Shown one piece after another: positions 8,303 through 26,219 of a stretch of DNA of 32,000 nucleotides. Where the stretch lies: assembly GCF_003324675.1 (NCBI RefSeq), contig NZ_CP030918.1, positions 1,290,001 through 1,322,000 on the forward strand, in the 5' to 3' direction. Positions within the stretch are counted from its first letter, which is position 1, and every line of letters begins with the position of its first letter. The notes under the pieces were generated by a model. That model did not search any database. It worked only from the letters and a program-made list of their open reading frames with translations, and had not been told where the DNA came from. The translations under genes and the position numbers were made by a program. The DNA is from Paracoccus suum. GTDB lineage: Bacteria; Pseudomonadota; Alphaproteobacteria; Rhodobacterales; Rhodobacteraceae.

Positions 8303-8563
8303 GGCCAATAATCCGCGCCGCATCCGGTCTACCGGGCGCGGCGGGGGATGGCGGGGGTTCGCCCCCGTCCTGTCCGAGACGGAGGGTGTGCCCCGCATGG
8401 GGTGCTTAATGTCCTTCCCGAGGCAGGGACGCGAGACCAGTTTCCGGGCGCATTCATGCCCTCGGGTGATCTCGGGACCTGCAGACGGACCCGACCCTGC
8501 GGCCGGCCTGGCTGGACGCAGGGGCAAGTGAGCCGGGGGGAAACCCCCAACGTGGAGTGAACC
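8303..8563 (+). promoter_or_regulatory. structured rplJ leader / rplA-rplJ spacer (candidate L10-L12 autoregulatory leader and PL10 region)
   Basis: 261-nt untranslated GC-rich spacer with several hairpins, e.g. 8313-8341 and GCGGGGG-UUCG-CCCCCGU at 8351-8368. By analogy with the E. coli rplJL leader. Not verified by alignment. Confidence 0.35.
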
Positions 8564-9082
8564 GTGGATAGAGCGCAAAAAGAGCAAGTGGTCGATGAAC
8601 TCGGCCAGATCTTTGATGCCTCTGGCGTCGTGGTGGTTGCCCGCTACGAGGGAATGACGGTTGCCAACATGCAGACCCTGAGGGCGCAGATGCGCACCGC
8701 CGGTGGATCTGTCCGCGTTGCCAAGAACAGGCTCGCCAAGATCGCCCTTGAGGGGAAGGAATGCGCAAGCATCGCCGACCTTCTCACCGGGATGACCGTG
8801 CTCGCTTTCTCCGACGACCCCGTGGCAGCTGCCAAGGTCGCGGACGCCTATGCCAAGACGAACGACAAGTTCGTCATCCTTGGCGGGGCGATGGGCGGCA
8901 CGTCGCTTGACCCGGCCGGTGTGAAAGCCGTGGCCCAGATGCCGTCGCGCGAGGAGCTTATTGCTTCGATCGTCGGCTGCATCGGTGCCCCGGCCAGCAA
9001 CATCGCGGGCGCGATCGGCGCACCTGCCAGCAACATCGCGGGCATCCTCAGCACGCTCGAAGAGCGCGCCGAGGCTGCATAA
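8564..9082 (+). CDS. rplJ: 50S ribosomal protein L10
   Basis: GTG start with GGAG 7 nt upstream. [17 protein letters not shown]... 172 aa. Confidence 0.96.
   Translation: MDRAQKEQVVDELGQIFDASGVVVVARYEGMTVANMQTLRAQMRTAGGSVRVAKNRLAKIALEGKECASIADLLTGMTVLAFSDDPVAAAKVADAYAKTNDKFVILGGAMGGTSLDPAGVKAVAQMPSREELIASIVGCIGAPASNIAGAIGAPASNIAGILSTLEERAEAA
8981..9046 (+). repeat. in-frame tandem duplication (33 nt / 11 aa, [11 protein letters not shown] x2) in the C-terminal helix of L10
   Basis: atcggtgccccggccagcaacatcgcgggcgcg followed by atcggcgcacctgccagcaacatcgcgggc. The first 30 nt of the two copies differ only at three synonymous third positions. Confidence 0.9.
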
Positions 9083-9147
9083 GGCATCGTCTTTCGTCGA
9101 GGGGTTGAAATCCCGACGTTGGAACATTTGATGGAAAGAACGGAAAC

Positions 9148-9525
9148 ATGGCTGACCTGAAATCTCTCGCCGAGCAGATCGTGAACCTCACGCTGCTAGA
9201 AGCGCAGGAACTGAAGACCATCCTCAAGGACGAATACGGCATCGAGCCGGCTGCCGGTGGCGCCGTCATGATGGCTGGTCCTGCTGCTGGCGTCGGTGCG
9301 CCCGCCGAGGAAGAAAAGACCGAGTTCGACGTCGTCCTGACCGAAGCCGGCGCCAACAAGATCAACGTGATCAAGGAGGTGCGCGCGATCACCGGCCTGG
9401 GCCTGAAAGAGGCCAAGGATCTGGTGGAAGCCGGCGGCAAGGTCAAGGAAGGCGCCAACAAGGCCGACGCCGAAGAGATCAAGAAAAAGCTCGAAGCGGC
9501 TGGCGCCAAGGTCGAGCTCAAGTAA
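9148..9525 (+). CDS. rplL: 50S ribosomal protein L7/L12
   Basis: 125 aa. N-terminal dimerisation helix, Ala/Gly-rich hinge ([23 protein letters not shown]), C-terminal domain ...KEAKDLVE...[12 protein letters not shown]. Confidence 0.98.
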   Translation: MADLKSLAEQIVNLTLLEAQELKTILKDEYGIEPAAGGAVMMAGPAAGVGAPAEEEKTEFDVVLTEAGANKINVIKEVRAITGLGLKEAKDLVEAGGKVKEGANKADAEEIKKKLEAAGAKVELK

Positions 9526-9760
9526 TTGGCCGCCCCTTCGGGGCTGCGCAACTGACAAGGCAGGGTCCGGGGTTTCCCGGTCCCTGCCGAACCTGTCTTG
9601 AACGGCCCTTCCCGTGCGGAGGGTCCTTCAGGGAAGGTTCGCGGCTCGGGAGCTGCCCGGTGGGACGGGCAGCACGGATAGAGCCGGATCACCCCCAGTC
9701 TTGCCGCCCCGACCGGGCCCGACGGTCGCAGGGTGGCGCTGACGAAAGGCGATAGACCCC
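9526..9760 (+). promoter_or_regulatory. structured rplL-rpoB intergenic region (candidate attenuator/processing region)
   Basis: Four GC-rich hairpins at 9529-9547, 9560-9587 (12-bp helix with one internal mismatch), 9607-9637 and 9652-9673 (8 bp). None has a T-tract. The position is the same as the E. coli rplL-rpoB attenuator/RNase III site. Confidence 0.4.
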
Positions 9761-13912
<4,152 letters not shown>

Positions 13913-13963
13913 GGGCCGCGCGCCCTCACCGCCCCTTTCCCCGTCTGATGCAAGGATGACGAG

Positions 13964-18211
<4,248 letters not shown>

Positions 18212-18253
18212 GGGCAGGGCGCAAGCGCTTCCTTTCCTCCGCGACAAGATCCG

Positions 18254-18282
18254 AAAGGCCCGCCACTGGCGGGCCTTTCGAT
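18254..18282 (+). terminator. rho-independent terminator after rpoC
   Basis: AAAGGCCCGCC-act-GGCGGGCCTTTcgatt, 43 nt after the rpoC stop. Confidence 0.8.
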
Positions 18283-18377
18283 TGACGGTTAGTTGTCCGC
18301 GGCGTGCGGGCGCCGGGACTTGCCGTAGTGACGCCGCGCGGGTAGGGCTGGCTGTCCCCACTAGCCGGCTGGCCGCG

Positions 18378-19325
18378 ATGCGTACCCCCCTCATGTCGTC
18401 TCAACGCCGGGTCAAGCCGCCTTCGCTGCGGACCCCGCGCCGGGCCGCGACGGAGGCCGAGAACATCCACGGCGCCGCGCTGATGCTGATCGCGATGACG
18501 GCCTTTGCCTGCAACGACGCGACGATGAAATACCTCTCGCAGACGCTGCCGTTGTACGAGGCCATCGCCCTGCGCGGCATCCTGGTCATGCTGGCGCTGC
18601 CGCTGATCTTTCTCGGCCGGGGTGGGGTGGACCTGCGCGTGCCGCGGGCCGACTGGCTGCCCCTCGCGCTGCGCACGTTTGGTGAGGTCAGTTCGACGCT
18701 GCTGTTCCTGAACGCGCTGCACCACATGCCGATCGGCGAGTTGTCGGCGATCATGCAGGCCTTGCCGCTAATGGTAATGCTCGCCGCCGCCGTGTTCTTT
18801 GGCGAGCCTCTGGGCTGGCGGCGGATGGCGGCGGTGATCGTCGGGTTGTTGGGCGTTCTGCTGATCCTGCGTCCCGGCAGCATGTCATTCACCGTCTGGT
18901 CGATGGTCGCGCTGGGTTCCGTCCTCGGGGTCGTGCTGCGCGATATGGTGACGCGGATTTTCACGCCCGGGTTGAAGTCCAACACCATCGCCTTCTACGC
19001 CTCGCTCGCTGTCACCCTGTCCGCCATTCTCATCCCCTCCGAGCCCTGGCGTCTGCCTCATGTCGGCGAGAGCGGCTTGCTGGTGCTGAATGCAGCCCTT
19101 CTGGCACTGGGCTACCTGACCGTAGTCGCGACGATGCGGGTGGGCGACGTGGGCTTTGTGGCACCGTTCCGCTATACCTCGCTGGTGGTGGCCATGATCC
19201 TCGGCGCCGTGATCTTTGGCGAGCGGCCCGGGTTCTGGACCCTCACGGGGGCGAGTTTGGTTGTCGCCGCCGGCCTCTACTCCATCTGGCGCGAGCGGCG
19301 CCTCAGCCGCAGCGGGGCGATATGA
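18378..19325 (+). CDS. DMT superfamily (EamA-like) transporter
   Basis: About 10 TM helices in two EamA-like halves (IHGAALMLIAMTAFACNDATMKYL..., ...GLLGVLLILRPG...). Start is ATG 18378 or 18393. The track ORF from 18282 overlaps the rpoC terminator and is rejected. Confidence 0.85.
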   Translation: MRTPLMSSQRRVKPPSLRTPRRAATEAENIHGAALMLIAMTAFACNDATMKYLSQTLPLYEAIALRGILVMLALPLIFLGRGGVDLRVPRADWLPLALRTFGEVSSTLLFLNALHHMPIGELSAIMQALPLMVMLAAAVFFGEPLGWRRMAAVIVGLLGVLLILRPGSMSFTVWSMVALGSVLGVVLRDMVTRIFTPGLKSNTIAFYASLAVTLSAILIPSEPWRLPHVGESGLLVLNAALLALGYLTVVATMRVGDVGFVAPFRYTSLVVAMILGAVIFGERPGFWTLTGASLVVAAGLYSIWRERRLSRSGAI

Positions 19326-20176
19326 TGCGCGTTCAGATGCTGGGGTTGTGCCGCTTCAGTTACCTGGGCCTGCGCGGCTTTCAGGTCGAGCATGATGACA
19401 TGGAGGAGCGGCGCGCCTTCCTCTATGACGAGGGTCGACTGGTTCGCCGCTGGCACTGGTTCGAAAAGATCACGCTGCCCGCGTTGCGGGCGCAGACCGA
19501 CCCGGATTTCACCCTGGTGGTGATGACCGGGCCCGACCTGCCCGATCCCTGGCTCAGCCTTCTGCAGCAACTTTGCGAGGAAATGCCGCAACTGGAACTG
19601 GCTCTCGTCCCTCCCATGAGGTTCCACCTGCAGGCTTGCAAGCATGCCTTGCTGCCGCACAAGGACATGAGCGCCGATGTAATTGGCCACTTCCGCATGG
19701 ATGACGATGACGCCGTGGCCATCGATTACGTCGCCCGCGCGCGGGAGGATTTCGGGCTTGTCGAGCCCGCTTGGCACAAACGCAAGGCGGCCTCGATTGA
19801 CTACATGCGCGGCCTCGTCCTCAAGGCGACCGAGTCGGGGGTCTCCGTCGAACCCAGAATGATCTATAACGCAGTCGCGGGCCTGACCGTCTACCTTCCG
19901 CCCGGGGACGAGCGTTCGGCGACGCAACTGCCCCACTGGCGCTTGGGGCATCACATGCCGGGGCTGATCCTGCCTGACGAGATCATGTTTTGCCGATTCT
20001 TGAACCATGACAATGATAGTGGCGCGATCGGGCCCGGATACGATTTCGATGGCCCTCCGCCCGACGCGGCCCGCGTGCTCGCAGAGCGGTTCAAGATCGA
20101 CCTTGCAGACATAAACCGTGATGCGCGGGACTTTGGCCTCCCCCAGGCAGGGCGCAAACACTGGGGCGCGACCTGA
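19322..20176 (+). CDS. glycosyltransferase-like protein (putative rhamnosyl transferase family, PF11316-like)
   Basis: N-terminus LGLCRFSYLGLRGFQVEH...EERRAFLYDEGRL..RWHWFEKITLPALRAQTDPDFTLVVMTG and acidic motif RMDDDDAV, as I recall for this family. Its ATG overlaps the DMT stop (ATGA). Confidence 0.6.
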   Translation: MMRVQMLGLCRFSYLGLRGFQVEHDDMEERRAFLYDEGRLVRRWHWFEKITLPALRAQTDPDFTLVVMTGPDLPDPWLSLLQQLCEEMPQLELALVPPMRFHLQACKHALLPHKDMSADVIGHFRMDDDDAVAIDYVARAREDFGLVEPAWHKRKAASIDYMRGLVLKATESGVSVEPRMIYNAVAGLTVYLPPGDERSATQLPHWRLGHHMPGLILPDEIMFCRFLNHDNDSGAIGPGYDFDGPPPDAARVLAERFKIDLADINRDARDFGLPQAGRKHWGAT

Positions 20177-20228
20177 GCGGAGTTGTCGTTGCGTGGACAA
20201 CCGCGCGGGCGCCGGGCGTGGAGGGTTG

Positions 20229-20257
20229 TTGACAGCCTGACCGATTCTGCCTATACG
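20229..20257 (+). promoter_or_regulatory. sigma70-type promoter of the str operon (TTGACA-N17-TATACG)
   Basis: Perfect -35 TTGACA at 20229-20234, 17-nt spacer, -10 TATACG at 20252-20257. It would give a leader of roughly 225 nt before rpsL. Confidence 0.6.
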
Positions 20258-20488
20258 GCCCGCTACCCGGACGGCTGCCCGCCCGGGCCCCAGAACCGTA
20301 GTGGTCAAGATCCGGGCCGGCAACGCTCCGATCCTCTGGAAATCCACCGCAGTGTCCTCGCGCTAGGGGGCATGTGCGGTTTTGGCGTTTGCATGTCCGG
20401 TGTATTCGGGATAGGCGGCGCCGCGACATAGTCACTGGCGCCCCCTGGGGTGCATGAGCCGAGAAGCAACACGGGGTTTGAAACCGGA

Positions 20489-20860
20489 ATGCCCACGATC
20501 CAGCAGCTGATCCGCAAGCCGCGGCAGCCCAAGGTGCAGCGCAGCAAGTCGCAGCACCTCCAGTCCTGCCCGCAAAAGCGCGGCGTCTGCACGCGCGTCT
20601 ACACGACGACGCCGAAGAAGCCGAACTCGGCCATGCGTAAGGTTGCCAAGGTGCGCCTGACCAATGGCTTCGAGGTCATCAGCTACATTCCGGGTGAAAA
20701 GCACAACCTTCAGGAACACAGCGTTGTCCTGATCCGCGGCGGCCGGGTGAAAGACCTTCCGGGCGTGCGCTACCACATCCTCCGCGGTGTTCTCGATACG
20801 CAGGGCGTCAAGGACCGCCGCCAGCGTCGTTCGAAATACGGCGCGAAGCGTCCGAAGTAA
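20489..20860 (+). CDS. rpsL: 30S ribosomal protein S12
   Basis: [13 protein letters not shown]... [19 protein letters not shown]. 123 aa. The track ORF start 20450 is an over-extension. Confidence 0.98.
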   Translation: MPTIQQLIRKPRQPKVQRSKSQHLQSCPQKRGVCTRVYTTTPKKPNSAMRKVAKVRLTNGFEVISYIPGEKHNLQEHSVVLIRGGRVKDLPGVRYHILRGVLDTQGVKDRRQRRSKYGAKRPK

Positions 20861-20872
20861 GGAGAGGCCCAG

Positions 20873-21343
20873 ATGTCCCGCCGTCACGCCGCCGAAAAGC
20901 GCGAAATCCTGCCCGACGCCAAATTCGGCGATCGCGTGCTGACCAAGTTCATGAACAACCTGATGGTGGACGGCAAGAAGTCGATCGCCGAGACGATCGT
21001 CTACTCGGCGCTCGACCGGGTTCAGACGCGCCTCAAGCGCGAGCCGATCGAAGTGTTCCACGAGGCTCTTGAGAACGTGAAGCCCTCGGTCGAGGTGCGC
21101 TCGCGCCGCGTCGGCGGTGCCACCTATCAGGTCCCGGTCGAAGTTCGCCCGATCCGCCGCGAGGCCCTGGCCATCCGCTGGCTGATCGACGCCAGCAAGA
21201 AGCGCAACGAACACACCATGGAAGAGCGCCTCGCGGGCGAGCTGGCCGATGCCGTCAACAACCGCGGCACCGCTGTGAAAAAGCGCGAAGACACCCACAA
21301 GATGGCCGACGCCAACAAGGCGTTCAGCCACTACCGCTGGTAA
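20873..21343 (+). CDS. rpsG: 30S ribosomal protein S7
   Basis: [20 protein letters not shown]... [16 protein letters not shown]. 156 aa. Confidence 0.98.
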   Translation: MSRRHAAEKREILPDAKFGDRVLTKFMNNLMVDGKKSIAETIVYSALDRVQTRLKREPIEVFHEALENVKPSVEVRSRRVGGATYQVPVEVRPIRREALAIRWLIDASKKRNEHTMEERLAGELADAVNNRGTAVKKREDTHKMADANKAFSHYRW

Positions 21344-21352
21344 GGATCGATC

Positions 21353-23476
<2,124 letters not shown>

Positions 23477-23521
23477 GGGACGGGCGGTCCTGCCCCCCGA
23501 TTCCCTTGACAGGAGGCCATC

Positions 23522-24697
23522 ATGGCGAAGGCAAAATTCGAGCGTAACAAACCGCACGTGAACATCGGGACGATTGGTCACGTTGACCACGGCAAGACGA
23601 CGCTGACGGCTGCGATCACGAAGTATTTCGGCGAGTTCCGGGCTTATGACCAGATCGACGGCGCGCCGGAGGAGAAGGCGCGCGGGATCACGATCTCGAC
23701 CGCGCATGTGGAATACGAATCGCCCAACCGGCACTACGCCCATGTCGACTGCCCCGGCCACGCTGACTATGTGAAGAACATGATCACCGGCGCCGCGCAG
23801 ATGGACGGCGCGATCCTTGTGGTGAACGCGGCCGACGGCCCGATGCCGCAGACCCGCGAGCACATCCTGCTCGGCCGCCAGGTCGGCATCCCGTACATGG
23901 TGGTCTACCTCAACAAGGTCGACCAGGTGGATGACGAGGAACTGCTCGAACTGGTCGAGATGGAAGTGCGCGAGCTGCTGTCGTCCTACGACTACCCGGG
24001 CGACGATATCCCGATCATCAAGGGCTCGGCGCTTGCGGCGCTGGAAGGCCGTGATCCCGAGATCGGCGAGAACAGCATCAAGGCGCTGATCGAGGCGGTC
24101 GACAGCTACATCCCAACCCCCGAGCGTGCGGTCGACCAGCCGTTCCTGCTGCCGATCGAGGACGTGTTCTCGATCTCGGGCCGCGGCACGGTGGTGACGG
24201 GCCGGATCGAGCGCGGTGCGGTGAACGTCGGCGACGAACTGGAAATCGTCGGCATCCGGGACACCAAGAAGACGACCTGCACGGGCGTCGAGATGTTCCG
24301 CAAGCTGCTGGACCGGGGCGAGGCTGGCGACAACGTCGGCGCGCTGCTGCGCGGCGTGGACCGTGACGGCGTCGAGCGCGGCCAGGTGCTGTGCAAGCCG
24401 GGCTCGGTCAAGCCGCACACCAAGTTCGAGGCCGAGGCCTATATCCTGACCAAGGAAGAGGGTGGCCGTCACACGCCGTTCTTTGCCAACTACCGGCCGC
24501 AGTTCTACTTCCGCACGACCGACGTGACCGGGACCGTGAACCTGCCGGAAGGCACCGAGATGGTGATGCCGGGCGACAACCTGAAGTTCGAGGTCGAGCT
24601 GATTGCGCCGATCGCGATGGAAGAAAAGCTGCGCTTCGCGATCCGCGAAGGCGGCCGCACCGTCGGCGCCGGCGTCGTCTCCAAGATCCTCGCCTGA
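23522..24697 (+). CDS. tuf: translation elongation factor Tu
   Basis: 391 aa. [29 protein letters not shown] 6 nt upstream. Confidence 0.99.
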   Translation: MAKAKFERNKPHVNIGTIGHVDHGKTTLTAAITKYFGEFRAYDQIDGAPEEKARGITISTAHVEYESPNRHYAHVDCPGHADYVKNMITGAAQMDGAILVVNAADGPMPQTREHILLGRQVGIPYMVVYLNKVDQVDDEELLELVEMEVRELLSSYDYPGDDIPIIKGSALAALEGRDPEIGENSIKALIEAVDSYIPTPERAVDQPFLLPIEDVFSISGRGTVVTGRIERGAVNVGDELEIVGIRDTKKTTCTGVEMFRKLLDRGEAGDNVGALLRGVDRDGVERGQVLCKPGSVKPHTKFEAEAYILTKEEGGRHTPFFANYRPQFYFRTTDVTGTVNLPEGTEMVMPGDNLKFEVELIAPIAMEEKLRFAIREGGRTVGAGVVSKILA

Positions 24698-24721
24698 GAC
24701 GAGGGCCTGACAAAGAGACTG

Positions 24722-24750
24722 AAAGGCCGCCCCTCGGGGGCGGCCTTTTG
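24722..24750. terminator. rho-independent terminator after tuf (possibly bidirectional)
   Basis: AAAGGCCGCCCC-tcg-GGGGCGGCCTTTTg. 9-bp GC stem at 24725-24733/24737-24745 flanked by A3 and T4. Confidence 0.85.
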
Positions 24751-24763
24751 CTGTGGACTGGTC

Positions 24764-24805
24764 CGCTTTGACCGGGACGCTTTGACCAGGACGCTTCGGC
24801 CGACC
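24764..24805. repeat. short tandem repeat, 14-nt unit CGCTTTGACC(G/A)GGA x2 plus a degenerate third copy
   Basis: cgctttgaccggga / cgctttgaccagga / cgcttcggccgacc, read directly. It lies in the convergent tuf / DUF488 spacer. Confidence 0.7.
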
Positions 24806-24857
24806 AAGACGTTGCGCACCTGCCCGACCGAACCCGGCCCCACTGGGCGATGCCAAG

Positions 24858-25388
24858 TTAAGTTGGATAAACCACGCGCTTGTCAGGCTGAACGACCGCG
24901 CCGGGGGTCAGCCTCGCCGGTTCTGCACGATCCTCACCCATGATGTTGAAAACCTCCTCACCCTGAGCGATCAGATTGTCGGCGATGAGGCGCCGGTGGC
25001 AGCGCCACCATACCGCTTCAGCACACATGATCGCGCAGCGCCTAGCCCGGCCTTCGGCAATCAGCCGCTCCAACCCTTCGTGGAATTCATCGGAAAGGGC
25101 ATAATCGGCGTAGTTGAGAAAGCTCTTGTTCTCCCACATGCCGTTAACCTCCGGGGCAATCCGGGCCACCCTCCCACGCCGACCGCCGAGGGCCTCATTG
25201 CGTTCATAGCTGATTTGGAAGCCAGCCAGGGTTTCGGAGAGGGCCTGCTCGTTGAACTGCGGGTTCGCGCGAGACATCGCGAATTTTCGAACATCCACCA
25301 GCATTTCAATCTGCCAGTGCCGCAGCATCCCGATAAACGCCTCGATGCTGCGGTTGGAATGGCCGATGGTGAAAAACGGCAGGGGCAC
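24858..25388 (-). CDS. DUF488 domain protein
   Basis: 176 aa. FTIGHSNRS...LVDVR...NPQFN... and C-terminal AIMCAEAVWWRCHRRLIAD are the DUF488 signatures. GC is lower than the flanks (28/60 and 32/60 in two hand-counted lines). Confidence 0.8.
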   Translation of the reverse strand: MPLPFFTIGHSNRSIEAFIGMLRHWQIEMLVDVRKFAMSRANPQFNEQALSETLAGFQISYERNEALGGRRGRVARIAPEVNGMWENKSFLNYADYALSDEFHEGLERLIAEGRARRCAIMCAEAVWWRCHRRLIADNLIAQGEEVFNIMGEDRAEPARLTPGAVVQPDKRVVYPT

Positions 25389-25393
25389 GGCGC

Positions 25394-25600
25394 TCAGATC
25401 TTGTGAAGAGCGCTACCCTTGTGGGCCGCGATATGATCGGTCTTGTCGCTCTTGATCTCGTATTGCGGGTCTTCCGCGCTCGCGCGGTGAGTATGGCCCT
25501 TGTAGTCAAAATCCTCGGTATGAACCTTGATGATCTTGCCCGACACCTTGCCGGCCTCGGAATTCCAGCCCACGTGATCGCCAACCTTGAAATTTGCCAT
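25394..25600 (-). CDS. DUF2945 / Hva1-TUDOR-like small protein
   Basis: 68 aa, MANFKVGDHVGWNSEAGKVSGKIIKVHTEDF...YEIKSDKT, an SH3/Tudor-like barrel signature. GAGGAGG SD. It lies 5 nt upstream of the DUF488 gene, so the two are probably an operon. Confidence 0.75.
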   Translation of the reverse strand: MANFKVGDHVGWNSEAGKVSGKIIKVHTEDFDYKGHTHRASAEDPQYEIKSDKTDHIAAHKGSALHKI

Positions 25601-25717
25601 CCTTCAGCCTCCTCTTCTGAACTAACCCCGGAACTGGCTCGGGCAGGCGCTTGCGCCTAGTGTCAGGGGCAAAACAGGCCACCCGACGCGTATTGGCGCA
25701 TAAATCCCCGGAACCAC

Positions 25718-25746
25718 TTGACACGCAGGCGATCTCGGCTCAAAAC
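25718..25746 (+). promoter_or_regulatory. candidate S10-operon promoter (TTGACA-N17-CAAAAC; -10 poor)
   Basis: Perfect -35 TTGACA at 25718-25723. The downstream GCTCAAAAC loosely resembles the alphaproteobacterial GCTANAWC-type -10. Confidence 0.35.
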
Positions 25747-25783
25747 CCGCCATCGCTCCCATCCTGCAAGGAATCGGTTGCAC

Positions 25784-25825
25784 CTGTCTAGGCCGCCCAC
25801 TAAGGGGCGGCCTCGCAGTTTTTTT
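25784..25825 (+). terminator. intrinsic terminator-like hairpin + T7 inside the rpsJ leader (candidate attenuator or sRNA terminator)
   Basis: CCTG-tcta-GGCCGCCC-actaag-GGGCGGCC-tcg-CAG followed by TTTTTTT (25819-25825). It lies 73 nt upstream of the rpsJ ATG. Confidence 0.6.
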
Positions 25826-25897
25826 ACGGTCCGATGCTGGCCGCACGCGGTGTGCAGTCAGCCTCTCGATCGAAATCCCCATCAGAGGGATGCTTTG

Positions 25898-26206
25898 ATG
25901 CAAAGCCAGAATATCCGTATCCGGCTCAAGGCGTTCGACTTCCGCGTGCTGGATGCCAGCACCCAGGAAATCGTCAACACGGCCAAGCGCACCGGTGCGC
26001 AGGTTCGCGGTCCGATCCCGCTGCCGAACAAGATCGAGAAATTCACCGTCCTGCGCGGTCCGCACATCGACAAGAAGTCGCGCGACCAGTGGGAGATCCG
26101 CACGCACAAGCGGCTGCTCGACATCGTCGACCCGACCCCCCAGACCGTGGACGCGCTGATGAAGCTCGACCTGGCTGCCGGCGTCGATGTCGAGATCAAG
26201 GTCTGA
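25898..26206 (+). CDS. rpsJ: 30S ribosomal protein S10
   Basis: [19 protein letters not shown]... 102 aa. The track ORF from 25718 is an over-extension. Confidence 0.98.
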   Translation: MQSQNIRIRLKAFDFRVLDASTQEIVNTAKRTGAQVRGPIPLPNKIEKFTVLRGPHIDKKSRDQWEIRTHKRLLDIVDPTPQTVDALMKLDLAAGVDVEIKV

Positions 26207-26219
26207 GGAGGGCGCACAC

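Noticed and set aside
20183-20431. 82-aa ORF in the spacer between the glycosyltransferase gene and rpsL.
   Set aside because: It spans the strong str promoter, has no SD and no family resemblance, and is most likely part of the untranslated rpsL leader.
25718-25897. N-terminal extensions in the ORF track for rpsJ (from 25718), rplC (26187), rplD (26902), rpsC (29440), rpmC (31489), rpsL (20450), cycP (638), cytochrome b (1086) and the DMT gene (18282).
   Set aside because: In each case a downstream ATG with an SD starts the canonical conserved N-terminus. The extensions are simply open frame in GC-rich or low-complexity DNA.
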